DNA of 64,000 bases from Owenia fusiformis. Its lineage: Eukaryota. Shown here piece by piece: positions 36,701-51,700 of the stretch (positions are counted from its first letter, which is position 1; the number at the start of each line of letters is the position of its first letter). The notes under the pieces are model-generated. The model was not told the DNA's origin. It made no database searches and saw only the letters and a program-made list of their open reading frames with translations. The stretch spans positions 21,576,001 to 21,640,000 of the forward strand of contig CAIIXF020000001.1 of the NCBI GenBank assembly GCA_903813345.2, given 5' to 3'. The position numbers and the translations under genes are program-made.

Positions 36701-39700
36701 TTGGTCAATATTGCTTCTAGCTACCCTTAACAAGAGCTAAAACTCGCGTCAGAACTCATCAAATTTGAAAAATTTGTTGATGTAGCCAAATCAGAATACC
36801 TATTAAAGTCAGAAAATCACAATAAAATGATTTCTGCTGATAAGAAACTTTAATTCATTTCACAATTTGATTTGGGTACAATTTTTAGGACACCCGGCTG
36901 GTTACTTGTACTATACGATGTAAAAGCCTAAATTTTCAAAGTGCCCAAATTTTCACTATTTTCGCTGGAAAGGCTAGACGATGAAATTGAAGGCACAGTG
37001 AAAATTTGATTGAACATTGAATTCAATTGGATATTTCTTCAAACAGTGGAAATTAATGCCCATGAAACATTTCAGATTGACAAAATAGTGAATTTTTTTG
37101 ACAGCGAAAATTTGGGCTTTTACAGTAATGCAATAGATATGTTATACTCAGAAATGAACGTGTCAGCTTCTCTATTTCAAAGAAGAGTTCCATTTACTTG
37201 ATCTATAGGCTAGTTATAATAATAGGTCTAATATTTCTCCACATCAATAGTAGGATAATCAAGTTAATAAGGTAAAAGAGATCGATAAAAGAATTCCGGT
37301 CAATTTCAAAGTACAAAATGATGTTGGCAAAATGAGTTCAATGGTGTAACCAGAGACAATCCAATAATAGACCATGTCTCTGGTTTAATTTGATGTCATC
37401 GTAAAAATTGCCTTATACTTCACTATTTTTGCAATTTTTTCGGGAACTTAAATAAAATATGGTTTTCTGATATTTGTATGTACATGTACTTCATGCCTTA
37501 TGGAGCTGTCATACCTAGGCCATGTGGTTGCACCATTCACCACCATGTGAATACTTTAGGACAGTCAGCAGGGCACAGCATGGATACATGGTGGGCAAAA
37601 CAAATAGATTTACAGCATGATATCCCCCCATACCAAATACAAAGATTAATCAATTAATTAAAGAATCAATGCTCAAAATTTGCCACACGGTGGCGAATGG
37701 TGAGCACACACAGCCAATTTGACACCTACTTTATGTATTTTCAATGGATTTTCAATGAATTCTAAACGGCACATGAAGATTCAACTTCTCTTTTTGCTTC
37801 TTGATAAATATCAGAATTTATCTAATAATATTGCAATATTAAGATTCATAATTTCAAACATGTAACAGAAAGTTTACCTCTATTGTTTCACTATTTCATT
37901 CAACAATCTAAATCCATATGCATAACTAATGCATTACTGACCTCCAGTCTTTGCACAGGGTCATCAGTGTGACTGGCGTACTGCAGCAGTGTAGCGTATT
38001 CTAGGTACTCTGTGATGCGCTGTAAGAAACTGAGCGGCTCATTGAAGATTACAGGCATGGTGATCTTGGAAAGTTCCTGAAAATCACAATAACAAATATT
38101 TTAATGGACATACACAGAATAATAACACATATTCTAATGGATGTATGCAATACGCATATTTTAATGGACATACACTGTGTACAGTAACACATATTTTAGT
38201 GGATATACACTGTATACAGTAACACATATTTTAGTGGACACATACACAGTATCACATATCTTAGTAATTCAAATGTACACCTCACTGTTTCTTGATTTCT
38301 TGAACATTGTACACGTTCAATATTCAGGAATAATAATTTGATTATACAATGTATTTGATATCATTTATCAACCTTCTCGAGTCAACGTCTGAAAGGTTAG
38401 TATCAGTTCTTTGGGGCCATTGAACTCTCTCTTATAGATTGGTAATATACAGTACAGTGAACCATGTATATGACTGAACGAACATTTCTCTCATCAGAAC
38501 ACCTCTCAATGTGAACACTTTTTTCTCAGTCCCAAATATGTTATATCCCATTGACTTACATGTTAAAAAACCTTGAATTGTGAACACCTGCTAATCTGAA
38601 CACTTTTGGCTGGTCCCAGAGGTGTTCAAATCAGACTGGTTTTACTGTACCAGTAATAATTAATTGATTTTTGGACTGATCAATATTTCAATTGCTTCAT
38701 TGCATGACAATAGAGATGAAATCAAATCAATGCAATATGCAACAATTATGACGAGGCAGTATATAATATTTCATCAATTGGAGAGGACATGCTGGTAGCT
38801 TATAAATAAATGTGTTCTGGAAGACTTCATAACAAGCTCTGCAAATCATTCCACTAAATGAAAATGTCATGAAAAATGAAAGATACAAAATTTTGTCATT
38901 TGGAAATTACTTTTATCTTCACTTTTGACAGCTATACGCATCATGTTAATGAAAATAACATTTGAACAAGACACAGAGTGATAAATATTGCACTCAAAAA
39001 TAATAATCAAAATGCCCATCTTGTAAATAACCTAACATTCTCAAAACCTACTCACGAGTTGGCACTAGTCTGTTTTTAAGTTAAATGGAGGAACATTTAT
39101 TTTTTGCTATATGATGTAGATTTGTGACACGCTAACAGAATAATTTATATCAAAAAAGGATGGAATATTTCTCTCTTGAGCATGCAACCCAAAAAGATTT
39201 TGTGGTTAACATTTCCCAGGCATTTGTTTATGAGCTGTTTCATATTCCTAATAATCTTATTGATCCAAGATATAACTGAATTTGGTTGGAGTTTAAAATA
39301 GGTTTATCATCATTATTTCCTCTATCAAGTAGTGTATACCAACTGATCCCAAAATCCAAAAATGCCTGATAAGGATGCACCAAGAATTCCAAATTGAATC
39401 AATACTTCTAATAATGAACCATTCATTCACATTCTGTTAATACTAGTAATTGGGTAATTTATAACATAGGTCGTAATCTAGATAATTCACCAAAAAAATA
39501 AATTTGTTTTTCGTAACAGTGGAAACAAGTATGAGAAATGAGAATATCACTTTTAATCTAAAGTAAACTTTACCCAATGTACCAAATCAATGGAACACAC
39601 TTTAGTATTGACAATTGACGTCCATGTTATTGAATCTAACTGGAGGTCAATATTACATTTATCACTTCAAAGGCCTTCTTTAGGAAGAATATCATACTAT

Positions 39701-42700
39701 GATAGAGTGTTATGTGTAAATAATGGCCTGAAGCCTCTACTGGAAATCAATGCATGTGTTAATAGTAAGACAATTACAATGTTTGATGGTGACCTTGTTC
39801 GAGTAATGAATATAAAAAATGAAAATGTGCTCAAAATACAAAGACAAATAGGCACTAGACTAAAGAAATGTGTGCAAGACTCTTAAAATAAGTAAAAAGC
39901 TAAGACTAATAAACAAATATGCAGCATGTATAGAGAATCAATGTGGCAACCAGTCCATAATTCAATTTTGACCAGTTGGCTGTGAGTTATAATTATATAC
40001 ATTGAAGAAGAATCCAATGAAGGCCAAGGTTATGCTCTACATCTACCTTGAAACTAGTTAAATGAAAATTATTTGGTATATCAGGACAAAGTACTCTCGA
40101 TGGAATAATAACAATAAAAAATAATGAAGTTTTAGTCAAACCCTAAATCATTAATTCCATACCTTTCACTGGCATCTCCCTCAACATACATTAAGTGAGA
40201 TTTTCCATTGTTTCATTTTATGCACTTTAATAAAAAAGATTTCATTACAGTTACTACAGGCACTAATGAAGGTATTGCATTCAATTCATACCACAGTACA
40301 CCAAATTATAGATACACCACTGAATAAAATATTATTAGGGCCAATACTTTTCGACCAGTAGAACCAAATTCAGGCGAATTTCAATATGGCTAATTAACAG
40401 ATATTTCAAACTCTGCGCAAAATATGAATACCACAGAAGCATGGGTGTCCAATCTAATTCTTCGAGAATAAGCAGAATAAAGATGAAGATATAGTGGTTG
40501 AGATTTATACAGGTAAATTGCAGAAGACATGCAAGACCATGATCCCAGTTACCACTATCATCAATAATTCCTTATACAAGAAAAAGTTCATTAACAGAAA
40601 GAATCAATAAAAAGATAATAGTAAATATTTGCGAGGAAGTTATACAAGTCCATATATATGAGGTATATGTAAAGCCCAGACATAGATTCGCATCTATGTA
40701 TTGAATTCTGTAATAGATTTGAACCAAGTTGAAAAATTCAAAATGGCAGATTTATCAAAGAATTCATACCCAAAACGTAAGTAGATATTGGCATAGTCTG
40801 CTCTTACATCTTGTCTGTCAAAATTTCATGTTGAACAGGTTAGCGGCGCCTCCCCACACATCCAAATGCCCATCAGCATAAGACAACGACAATATAGCAA
40901 CTTTTCAGTGTGATAAAAATATTATATACCAGAGTGTATTGAAAATTCCCTATCAATCTTATTCTACTCATAAGGTTGTGACGTCATTTAATCCACAGGT
41001 ATAATCTGCTCTGATTGAATGAATATAGGATTTTTATAAGTTGATTGTTCTCTGTCAGGGTATTCCTCTGGAGGATTTATATTTAATTAAATGATATGAT
41101 TATATGACATGTGCAAGAAATGCGAGAATGGAAAATTATATCAGCTTTGCATCCTGTAACTTCTTCATGGCCTTACTCCTTTGAAAAAGTGAGAAACAAT
41201 GTTAAAATGGGGACCCACTAAAAACCCTACGACCTGCACCTTCGACATTCAACCTTCGACTTATTGGGTGTCCAGAAAATCTTGACATTTCTAGCCTCCT
41301 CCATTGAAGAGTACAAAAATGCAAAATTGCAATAGGGGGGAACAATCTACGCAAAGTTCCATTTTTTGGTTCGAGCATTAAGCTTAATGAAGTCAATAAA
41401 TGTAAGTTCAAAGACAAATCTGATTGTATACTGTTTCAAACCATTACTCCGAGAATGTAGTGAAAATAATCAGAGATGAAGACATGTAATCAATCAACAT
41501 TAACCAAACTCAGGAAATCATCAGAAAATTTGCGAGAAACACTTTTGGTAATAAGTAAAAAAAAAAGTAGTCCTTTGATCAATACATGTTATAAAGAAAT
41601 CAATTATTTCCAATATCTTGTAATGATAATCTCATTTTTCAAGTCCTGTTCAGCTAATGAAATTTTGAAAATAAAATGGAAGGACGTGCTTCCCTGCGAA
41701 GACAATGCCTTGTGAATTAACTGAGAAACTCAATAGAAAGAGGAGTTCAGCGAAATGGTACAATTAATCAATCCTATTCTATTCCCAGTGCCAATCAGCT
41801 GATTTCAATCATCTTTTTTCTAGGATAATTTTTCAGTGTTTCCTACAATTACCAAAGGTTCAGATCTTTGCTCTGTTAACATGGTTTATCAGCGGTGAAG
41901 TATGTCTTAAGAATCAGTCATGGAAGAAAATATTTGCAAAAATTTCTTGTGTGTTGAAAGATTCTTCCATACACAACATGAAAATATATTATATAGATGT
42001 AGAGCTGAAAATTGTGTTATTTTATTCAAATTCTATATCATAATGCATCCTTTTTAAATAGTGATAGTAAACCATTCTAGCAGGTACCCACCAGGGTCAA
42101 CAATATTTATGAAGTCTAGCACATGTACAGTGGAACCTGTAAAGTGGAACACCTCTAGAAGTGGAACATCTCTGTCAGAGGAACGTTTTTCAAAGACTCA
42201 AGTCCCAAGACCAACTGACATAATGTTAAGGGAACAAGTGGAACACCTCCCAAGTGGAACACTTTTAGAGGTACCAAAGGTGTTCTAATAGACAGGTTTT
42301 ACTGTATTTCATTATATATATTCAACATACAGATAGCTGCATGCAATGATTATGCAATTTGTATACAATCACTGGCTTATCTATTGAATATATGCCACCA
42401 GTAGTTCATTAGTTATAAGGTTTGGAAGATGTGTCTTACATCACATGCAAGCATATGGCCTCATTAACCACAATTCATCAATACGTAATATTTTTGACAA
42501 TTTGTGGAATAAAACATATGTAATATATTATATGAGCCATCAATCATTGAAAGAAAGTATTGATTGATGATTCTATATTATGAACAAACTAAAAATAGCT
42601 ATTTGAAAAGCTACTTTCAAATGGAGGTAGCTGGTTGTTTGTCACTCGGCTCCCGTCAGTCATTTTGAGATGATTCACGGTCAAAGGTCAAGGCGATCAG

Positions 42701-45700
42701 CTGTGTTTACATAGTGTGTACAGGTATCGGCTAAATAAGCGAAGGGGATGAACGCAATGAAGACCGAGCGTGCGAAGATGGAATTATCATGTATTATTTT
42801 GAATTGGACAGTTGACAGGCAAATGGACAAATGTGGCATGGGGTCACCATGAAAGTCTTACAAATATCATGTTTTAACATCAGTTTTAATGTCAAATTAC
42901 AGTCAAAATCATCCATCTCCTTTCTTCAATCTTTGGGTATTCTATGTTAAGAGATGTTATGACCCGAGGTGCCTCCAGGGAGCTGTAGTGTAATGAGCCA
43001 GATTCTGGACATAAAAAGGAGTAGCTCTCGCGGGAATTGAACCATGGACTTTCCGCTCCTAAGTCCGATGCTCTAACGCTCAAGCCAATAGGGCCTTATA
43101 GCTGTAATAGCAACTTGCTATCAAGGGTCATTACAGAGCCAAATAGGTGTGCAGTACTAACCATGTGTTGGATGCACAATCATTGAACATGGTACTTGGT
43201 GAATACATCATCTCATTTCACATCATTGTTCCCTGAAGGGAATCATTATAGTCTGGTAAGCTCTGGTATATCTCCAGCATTAGCTGACTTAATGCAAGAT
43301 TAATGTCTTTACTAATCTCCCAGTTAATTCCTTTCAGCTATCATAATTATTACATGCAATATAGCGATGAAGGTGCTATATGGGCCATATATGGGCATTC
43401 TAGAGAATCTATATGCTGAGTGCAATTTGGGCCATATATGGGCATTCTAGAGAGTCTATATGCTGAGTGCAATTTGGGCCATATATGGGCATTCTAGAGA
43501 GTCTATGCTGAGTGCAATATGGGCCATATATGGGCATTCTAGAGAGTCTATATGCTGAGTGCAATTTGGGTCATATATGGGCATTCTAGAGAGTCTATGC
43601 TGAGTGCAATATGGCCCATATATGGGCATTCTAAAGAGTCTATGCTGAGTGCAATATGGGCATTCTAGAGAGTCGATAGGTAGAATGTTGGCCAAATATG
43701 GGCATTCTAGGGAGTCGATGCTGAGTGCAATATGGGACATGTATGGCCATTCCAGAGAGTATGTAGGTGCAATATAAGCCATTATATAGGCATTCTAGCA
43801 TGTCCCCAGGTGTAACACAGCCATATATGGTTATTCTAGAGTCTCTACATGCAATATACAGATATAGGCCATATTTGGGTATTCTAGAGATTCTCTAGAC
43901 TAAAGTCCCAATAGGATTGTTTTGAACAATAATATACTACTCCTTGATAAAAACAATTTTGATAATTGTAAAATGCACAAACTTGTTATCTACAAATATT
44001 TGTGAGAAATGAGAATAAAATATGATCATCAAGAACAAAATTGTTTAGAACTCAATGAAATTGATATGAATTAGTGACGGCCTGATGTAGCATAATAGAT
44101 ACAGATTTGTGTATTAAGCTAACCAATCCCTAATGGATTACAGGGGAATCAGTAAATCCATTTATTAAGAACATACACATACTCTAAGAGATGTAAAATC
44201 CTGAATGTCTTATTGAATAAATGCCACTAGTTCATTAGTTTGGATTTGTTGACGACCCTTGCACAGTAGTCTTGGTCTGATATAATATAATCATCTTATT
44301 TTGATAGAAACCAGGAGGTTGTCATTGATTGATCTTATCTTAGTTCTATTTAGACCCTGACATGATCTACACAGACCTTGACATGCTCTAGTTAGACCTT
44401 GATATGCTCTTTATTGACCCTAATATGCTCTATAATGACCTTAATATAGTCTATGTAGACCTTGATATGTACAATATACAGTATAGACCTTGATATGCTC
44501 TATAAAGATACTAATATGCCCCATAGACCTTGATATGCTCCATATAGACCTTGATATATTCTAGTTAGACCTTGAAATGTTCTATATAGACCTTGATATG
44601 ATCCATATAGACCATTCTGATACTCATAGCATTTTTCTGTTACACCTGAAACATCTCAGGGCTAAGAAGAAATGAGATGTCATGGTTTATCTTGATACAT
44701 ATAGACCCAAATATAATCTACATGGACTTTAATATGCTCTATGTGGACATTTATATGCTCTATATATAGACCTTGAAATGCTCTAGTTAGACCTTGATAT
44801 TCTCTAGTTAGACCTTGATATGTTCTATATAGACCCTAATATGCTCTGTAGACCTTGATATGCTCTATATAGACCTTGATATGATCCATATAGACCTTAA
44901 TACAATCTACATGGACCTTAATATACTCTACATAGACCTTGATATGTTTTACATAGACCTTGATATGCTCCATACAGACCCTAATATGCTATAGGTGTAT
45001 ATTGACTTTGATGTGCTCTATATGAACTTTATTTTACTCCATATGGAATTTGATAAAGAGATTGGTATATTGATAAGGTAAGAAGAAACATTTGCAACTA
45101 AAATTTGGATATGACAGATGTTGCATGCTATGATAAACCATACCATCTCATTTCTTTTGAGTCATTTTTGCAAGTGAAACTTTAGAGAGATGTGAAAGTA
45201 TCAGAGGAGAGATACAGTTGTATGTATTGAAATAGACAAGAAAGCCATTAGGATCAGGTGACATCCACGATGACAGCAAGCTAAACATTTAGCAATTAAA
45301 ACAGGCTGTACATGTACATCAATAACTTAAACAGTCACCTGGGAGGCAAACATGAAGAAATGACAATGAAAAGTTGCATGACTATTTGTATACATCCTGT
45401 CTGTTGTGTAAACCTTAATGAATATTATCACAGATATGCTGCATGGTATTGTCCTTGTATTTTTATGACATTTTTATGTATATTTATGGATAAATTAATG
45501 ATTTGGTATAAATTGATACAAATTAGTGGCTGTCTAATATTTTATTCTTTGCATGTATATCATGTTTTAAAAATACTTGATCAAGATCATATACAATGTA
45601 ATTAAACTTTTGTGAGTTAAATTTTATGTAAAACCTGTCTTAGTGAACACCTCTCTCTAGTGAACAGCTCTCTCTAGTGAACACCATTTCAAGACATATT

Positions 45701-48700
45701 TTGTATCGACTCCTGTATAAAATCTCCTCTCTGTAGTGAACAACTACCTCCAGTAAACACTTTTGTGGCTCTATAGGTGTTCACTAAGGTTTGTGTGTGT
45801 GATAAGTGAATGAGTGGGCAATTTTCAATACATTATTTGAGTAATTGTTTACTTACCCTGCCAATGCATTGTTTGAGTAATTGTTTACTTACACTGCCAA
45901 TGCATTGTTTGAGTAATTGTTTACTTACCCTGCCAATGCATGTTTGAGTAATTGTTTACTTACACTGCCAATGCATTGTTTGAGTAATTGTTTACTTACC
46001 CTGCCAATGCATTGTTTGAGTATGCTCCAGACACTGAATTCATTATTTGAGTAATTGTTTACTTACCCTGCCAATGCATTGTTTGAGTATGCTCCAGACA
46101 CTGAATTCATTATTTGAGTAATTGTTTACTTACCCTGCCAATGCATTGTTTGAGTATGCTCCAGACACTGAATTCATTATTTGAGTAATTGTTTACTTAC
46201 CCTGCCAATGCATTGTTTGAGTATGCTCCAGACACTGAATTCATTATTTGAGTAATTGTTTACTTACCCTGCCAATGCATTGTTTGAGTAATTGTTTACT
46301 TACACTGCCAATGCATTGTTTGAGTAATTGTTTACTTACCCTGCCAATGCATGTTTGAGTAATTGTTTACTTACACTGCCAATGCATTGTTTGAGTAATT
46401 GTTTACTTACCCTGCCAATGCATTGTTTGAGTATGCTCCAGACACTGAATTCATTCCTGGAAAACATCTCTACTGGAAGATTTGTTCTGAAATGACAAAA
46501 TAGAGAATATGAATGTATGAAAAACAAGGCAAGGCATAAACATGATAAAATACCATTACCTAATAAGGTACAACAAATGGTAAAAAAGTGTCACATTTTG
46601 TTACAAAATGCTGACTGCCAAAAATGATTGCAAATCACAAAACAGAAAATAACCATGATAAAATACCATTAATCATACCTTACGAGTTACATCAAATGGT
46701 TATAAAAGTGTAACATATTGTTACAAATGCTGCTGACTACCTACATAACAGTGATCACTATTCACAAAAAATGCTGGCTACAACAAAATGTCACCACTTC
46801 TTGGTGATGTCATAAAATGAAAATCTACTGACTTCATCCAAAGAATACATCCAATATTTTGAGATCAAAGACATTGAATTTAAAGATGCATCGATATATA
46901 CATGAGACACTGTAGCCTAAACATTAACCATTGTATGTCACAAATAGTGTTTGAGAATAGCCCTCACATTTGCACAGTACAACTGGTGTCCTACTCAATA
47001 CCATAAAGGCCTAAAGAACCAACTGTTTAATCCTTAAAGAATTAGAGTGAAATGAAGAATAGTATACCACTTTTACAATGATGGTAATGACACAAATAGA
47101 CTGCCAATGAGACATTTTCCCCGGTAAACAACTCTTGGGGATAATTAACTTATCATGTTTTTGAGAGAAAAGGTGAATAATTGGTTCTTAAGAGATAAAT
47201 GGATTCACACACCATAATAGTATTACAATGGAGTTTCAGCCATCCTTTCAATAGGTGGCTTCAAGATCCACAATTTGTTTTTCCCCTTGCCCCCCCCCCT
47301 CCCCCTTTGAGTGGGCCGGAAAATTCTTTTTGGGTTTAATGGGCCCACTACTTGTGACATTAAACAGTTAATGTGCCCCCTCGCCCCTTATTAGCTTAGA
47401 TATTGTTCATTGCTACGATTGTATCAAATGACAATCCCACTTTTGTAATCAGTACAATTATCAGATTCTAAAATATTTACTGATTTAGTGAACACCTCAG
47501 ATTTCAAGTGTCAGTAAAAAAAACACATGACTAAAGCTGCTTTCACTGTATGATATCCATGACACAATAAACAACAATGTTTTGTGTTGATTACCATTTG
47601 TTTGGACTTCCAAGTTCCAACTTCATAATGTTCATTGATTCTGTGATTGATTGATAGGTTAGTTAATTGATGACAAGAGAGTCTAATAATTAATTTAGCC
47701 TCTCATTGGAATGAAGAATGTAGAATTGATTAACTGTTGAGTGGAGCTTAGTCTTGAACCAGTTTCAAAACATGTCCCTGGGCAGAAAGTGAAAGTTGAA
47801 GAAATGCAGTAGTTTGGTAAGGCTTGGTGATTTAGGCCATCTAAATAGCCAAAATCATTACATGTTTTTATACATTGTCACATCTCTGGCCTTGTTAATA
47901 TATATCAACAAGATATGTCATACTTGTTATTGAAATCCTTATTTTGAGGGATTTATTTTTTGAGAGAACTTTGTAGTTTATCAACTGCAGTACACCAACC
48001 AAATCAACCTCAAATCAACCGCAGTAAATCAACCACAATAAATCAACCGCAGTAAATCAACCACAATAAATCAACCGCAGTAAAACAACCTCAATAAATC
48101 AACTGCAGAAAATCAACCGCAGTAAATCAACCTCAATAAATCAACCACAATTATCTGGTGCCATCTTAATCCATCAAGGTATTACATATGACAGAAGGAA
48201 TACACTGTTTAACAGTATGTCTGCTGCAGTGGCAAAGAAACTGAAACAACATGGTTGTAATAGCTCATTATCATTTAATTCAATGATAATTTTGTCCTTG
48301 TTTTACCACATACATGTCTTTAATTTCATGACAACCCCTACACATGACCCTTTGCTAAGAGATTGCCTGAATACTTTTTGAAGCTAACATAATCATCCTA
48401 TATCTAATAGAAAAGGATATGCCGTGAACGTTGTACTTGAGATCATGAAGATCAGCATTTTCTACCCTACTCTCTAATTCCATTGAACTTGTTTCTATTT
48501 GAAACAAATTGTGTTAATCCTCATGATGATTCTATTGCTATTTCACTCATGATAAAATGTATTCTAGCGAAAATCAATCAGCATTTATTCGAAACACAAG
48601 GGATCAAATTGTCAATGCTACTGGTTTTATTTATAGATCTATAGGGAAATGTAAATCCCCTGTATTCCATACAATCAATTTAGAGAGATTTGAAGTTGGT

Positions 48701-51700
48701 GCTAGATTACTGAAATCCTAAAGAACTGTACTTGATTGGATTATCAATTTTGACCTTAAATTACAAGCACAATCAAAATCATACTTCGGAATATTATAGT
48801 CCATATAAAGATGTTTTAGGCTTTATGAAAATGAGTTTCTCAATGTCTTGAAAATACAAAAAATGGTCAATTGATGAAGATCATAAATCTGTTAAGCTTG
48901 TTGGAACAAGCATTCCTGTTCAATTCAATGGAAATGCACATAACATAAATCTTGAGAATAAACTTGTACTTTCATTTCATTCTCAATGTCAAGGTATTCA
49001 TAACATCTGTTATAGTTTTGAACCAAAACTACATATGAGCCAGGCCACAGGAAAAGGGGTCTTATCACAGATTTTTTCAATATTTTGATTTTTTGTTTAT
49101 CTTAAAAAGCAAAAAGAGACCTTTCAAATGAGCCATGGCTTGTGTCTTCACTATTTTCCCTTGCAGATTTAGACCAAAAAGTCGGATTTAAATTGAGCAT
49201 GTTTTCCTCTTAATCTTGGGCACATTTTTGGCTCTGTAGCACAATTTTAATTTTTGTGATAAGACCGGTTTTCCTGTGGTCAGGCTCATATATTTAAATA
49301 CAGAATATGATTTATATATACAGTGAAACCTGTATATCTGAGAACAACCCTCTGATTTGAACATCTCTCAATGTGAACACGTTTTCTTGGTCCCAATATT
49401 GTTATCTCCCATTGACTTAAAGATTTATAAAATCTTGAAATGTAACACCTGCTAATCTGAACACTTGGAACACTTGGTCAGTTTCAGGGGTTTGGATTAG
49501 ACAGATTTCACTTTATTCTTGTGCTTATGCTTGCATCAAGACTCTGCTTCCTCCCCCATCAAATACTCCCCTACCTGACTTCCTCCCCCATCAAATACTC
49601 CCCTACCTGACTTGATTATAGTACTATCTAAATTGATAGTGGATAGCAGGCAACTTGTGAATTGAATATCAACTACAAAAGTAAGGAGACTTAATCTCTT
49701 TTGAGACTTCATTAGCGGTGCTCACTAGCATAACCAAATAATACTCCTTAGAATCCAGATTATTTATGAGACTTGCACAAGTATAATATGCCTAAAAAAC
49801 CTGCCTTGAAGTAACAATACAAACACTGAATATTTATTGAAACAGCTTTGCTAAATAGGTCCTTTTAGATTTCAGTTTTTTATTATATAGATTCAAAGAA
49901 GGAAACGTAAAATGAACTTTATTTACTGTTTAATAATACACATAGTGATAGCATTATGCTAGGTTTTTCAACAATAAAAAATTTCAGAACTAGAACTATT
50001 GTAACCAGTACTCGAAAGTGAACTAAATATTTGATAGCCTCTAAAAATTATAAATGTTGAGATCTTAGTCTGCATACAAACAAAAAAAAGTATCATTAAA
50101 AAGTAGAAAAGTAAATACATTTACATGAAATCATAATGAAAATCATTGATCAACATATCAAAATGGACACAGATAACTAAATGCCATCACTATATCAGAA
50201 ACTCTAACTTAAAAACAAAGTGTTGAGAGAATGTCACCACCAACTAGTTCATTAGAAATGAATACATAACAAAAAAGTAACAATTGTCACAGATGTTGAA
50301 TGAATGAATGGCAGCTACCAATCACCAGGCAAACAAAAATAGAGGCAATAACAATACAGTATATCACCACTTCTAAATAAACACTTCTTGCAATAAATTT
50401 TTTCTCTGTATTCACTATGAAACTTTTATCTTACCTGTATGCATAGTTTTCAGGAATACTAAATTCCATTATGTTCCCAACTCGATCCATTTTATCCTTT
50501 GCCATTTAGAAACATTAACTCCTTCAGCATTCACTTAAACCATTATCTTCTAAACTTTTACACCAAACACACATTGATTTTACTTTACCAATAAATTTAC
50601 CAATAAATACAAGAATAGAACTTCCAGTTAATATATTCTACCATCCAAGCCAAGTCATCAATGAACAGGTCCCGATTGATTAATAAATCAATATTATGAG
50701 CAAATCCCTGGTGTCCATGGGTTTACAACACAGCATCAGCTGCTCTTATCTTTTATTTACACTCTATGGTATCACAGATGTATACTTAAAATAGCAATTA
50801 AACCCATTACAGTTCATTCATTGTAAAATAGGGATCTTCAAAGTAATTAGAAATAGAGTGGATCTCCATCGATCTATCATTTATGTTCTATAAACTGACG
50901 TTTGATGATTTCATCATTAGATACCAACATTTATATAGTCTACATAGAAAACTGATGAATAGGTTCTGTAACTTTAATCTGCAACTTCTCTATTTGATAA
51001 GATATCACAAATCTTTTTTAGATATTTTTGGAATGTTGCATCCTCCCAACACAGGACTTGACGACCCTGAGATATCAGATAAGCTTCTTCCCCCTTACTG
51101 CTATATAAGAATGATTGTTTGGCCCAATACAACATTTTCTTCCTTATATGTTATATTACTGATTCAATCTTAATGCATTTAGATTTTCCCCATATACCAT
51201 CACATCATTGAAGTTGACAGTATATTTTCCGGATGCTTCTAACATTCAAATACATCTGTTGATAAATTGCACTATAAATTTTTGAATGCACAATGCACTA
51301 CTCAGTTTTTGAGTTAACTTAGGGTGACATCTATTTATCAAAATAGTTCTAAAATCATCAATACCCAATCATTGGCTCGAATAGTGAGGATATAGCATCA
51401 GGTATGTGACTCTCCTTCAGTCTGTCTGTTGGAACAAAGTGAAATCATATTATCAGCAAATATAAGCATATCACTTTTATGGCCATCCATAGCATCTATT
51501 TGACATGAGATTGCTATTTCTATAATCTTCTCGGTTTTGTTATATTAAAAATCTCAGTGTGAGCACATGAGTCATGGTTCATTTATTTACAATAGGAATA
51601 AAGAAATTGGTGGCTCCTGTATGAGATTTCTAGAAAAACAGGATTACTTACTATAATTATTGACTTGCATTCAGTGATTCAGTTAAGTAATTTCAAACCC

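Noticed and set aside
39100..41750. Possible very old LINE on the + strand
   Set aside because: Only faint RT-like motifs; cannot be delimited without a profile search
43022..43095. Functional tRNA-Leu(TAG)
   Set aside because: Acceptor, anticodon and T stems pair poorly and there is no long variable arm
43456..43782. 108-aa ORF with SLECPY repeats
   Set aside because: Minisatellite translation
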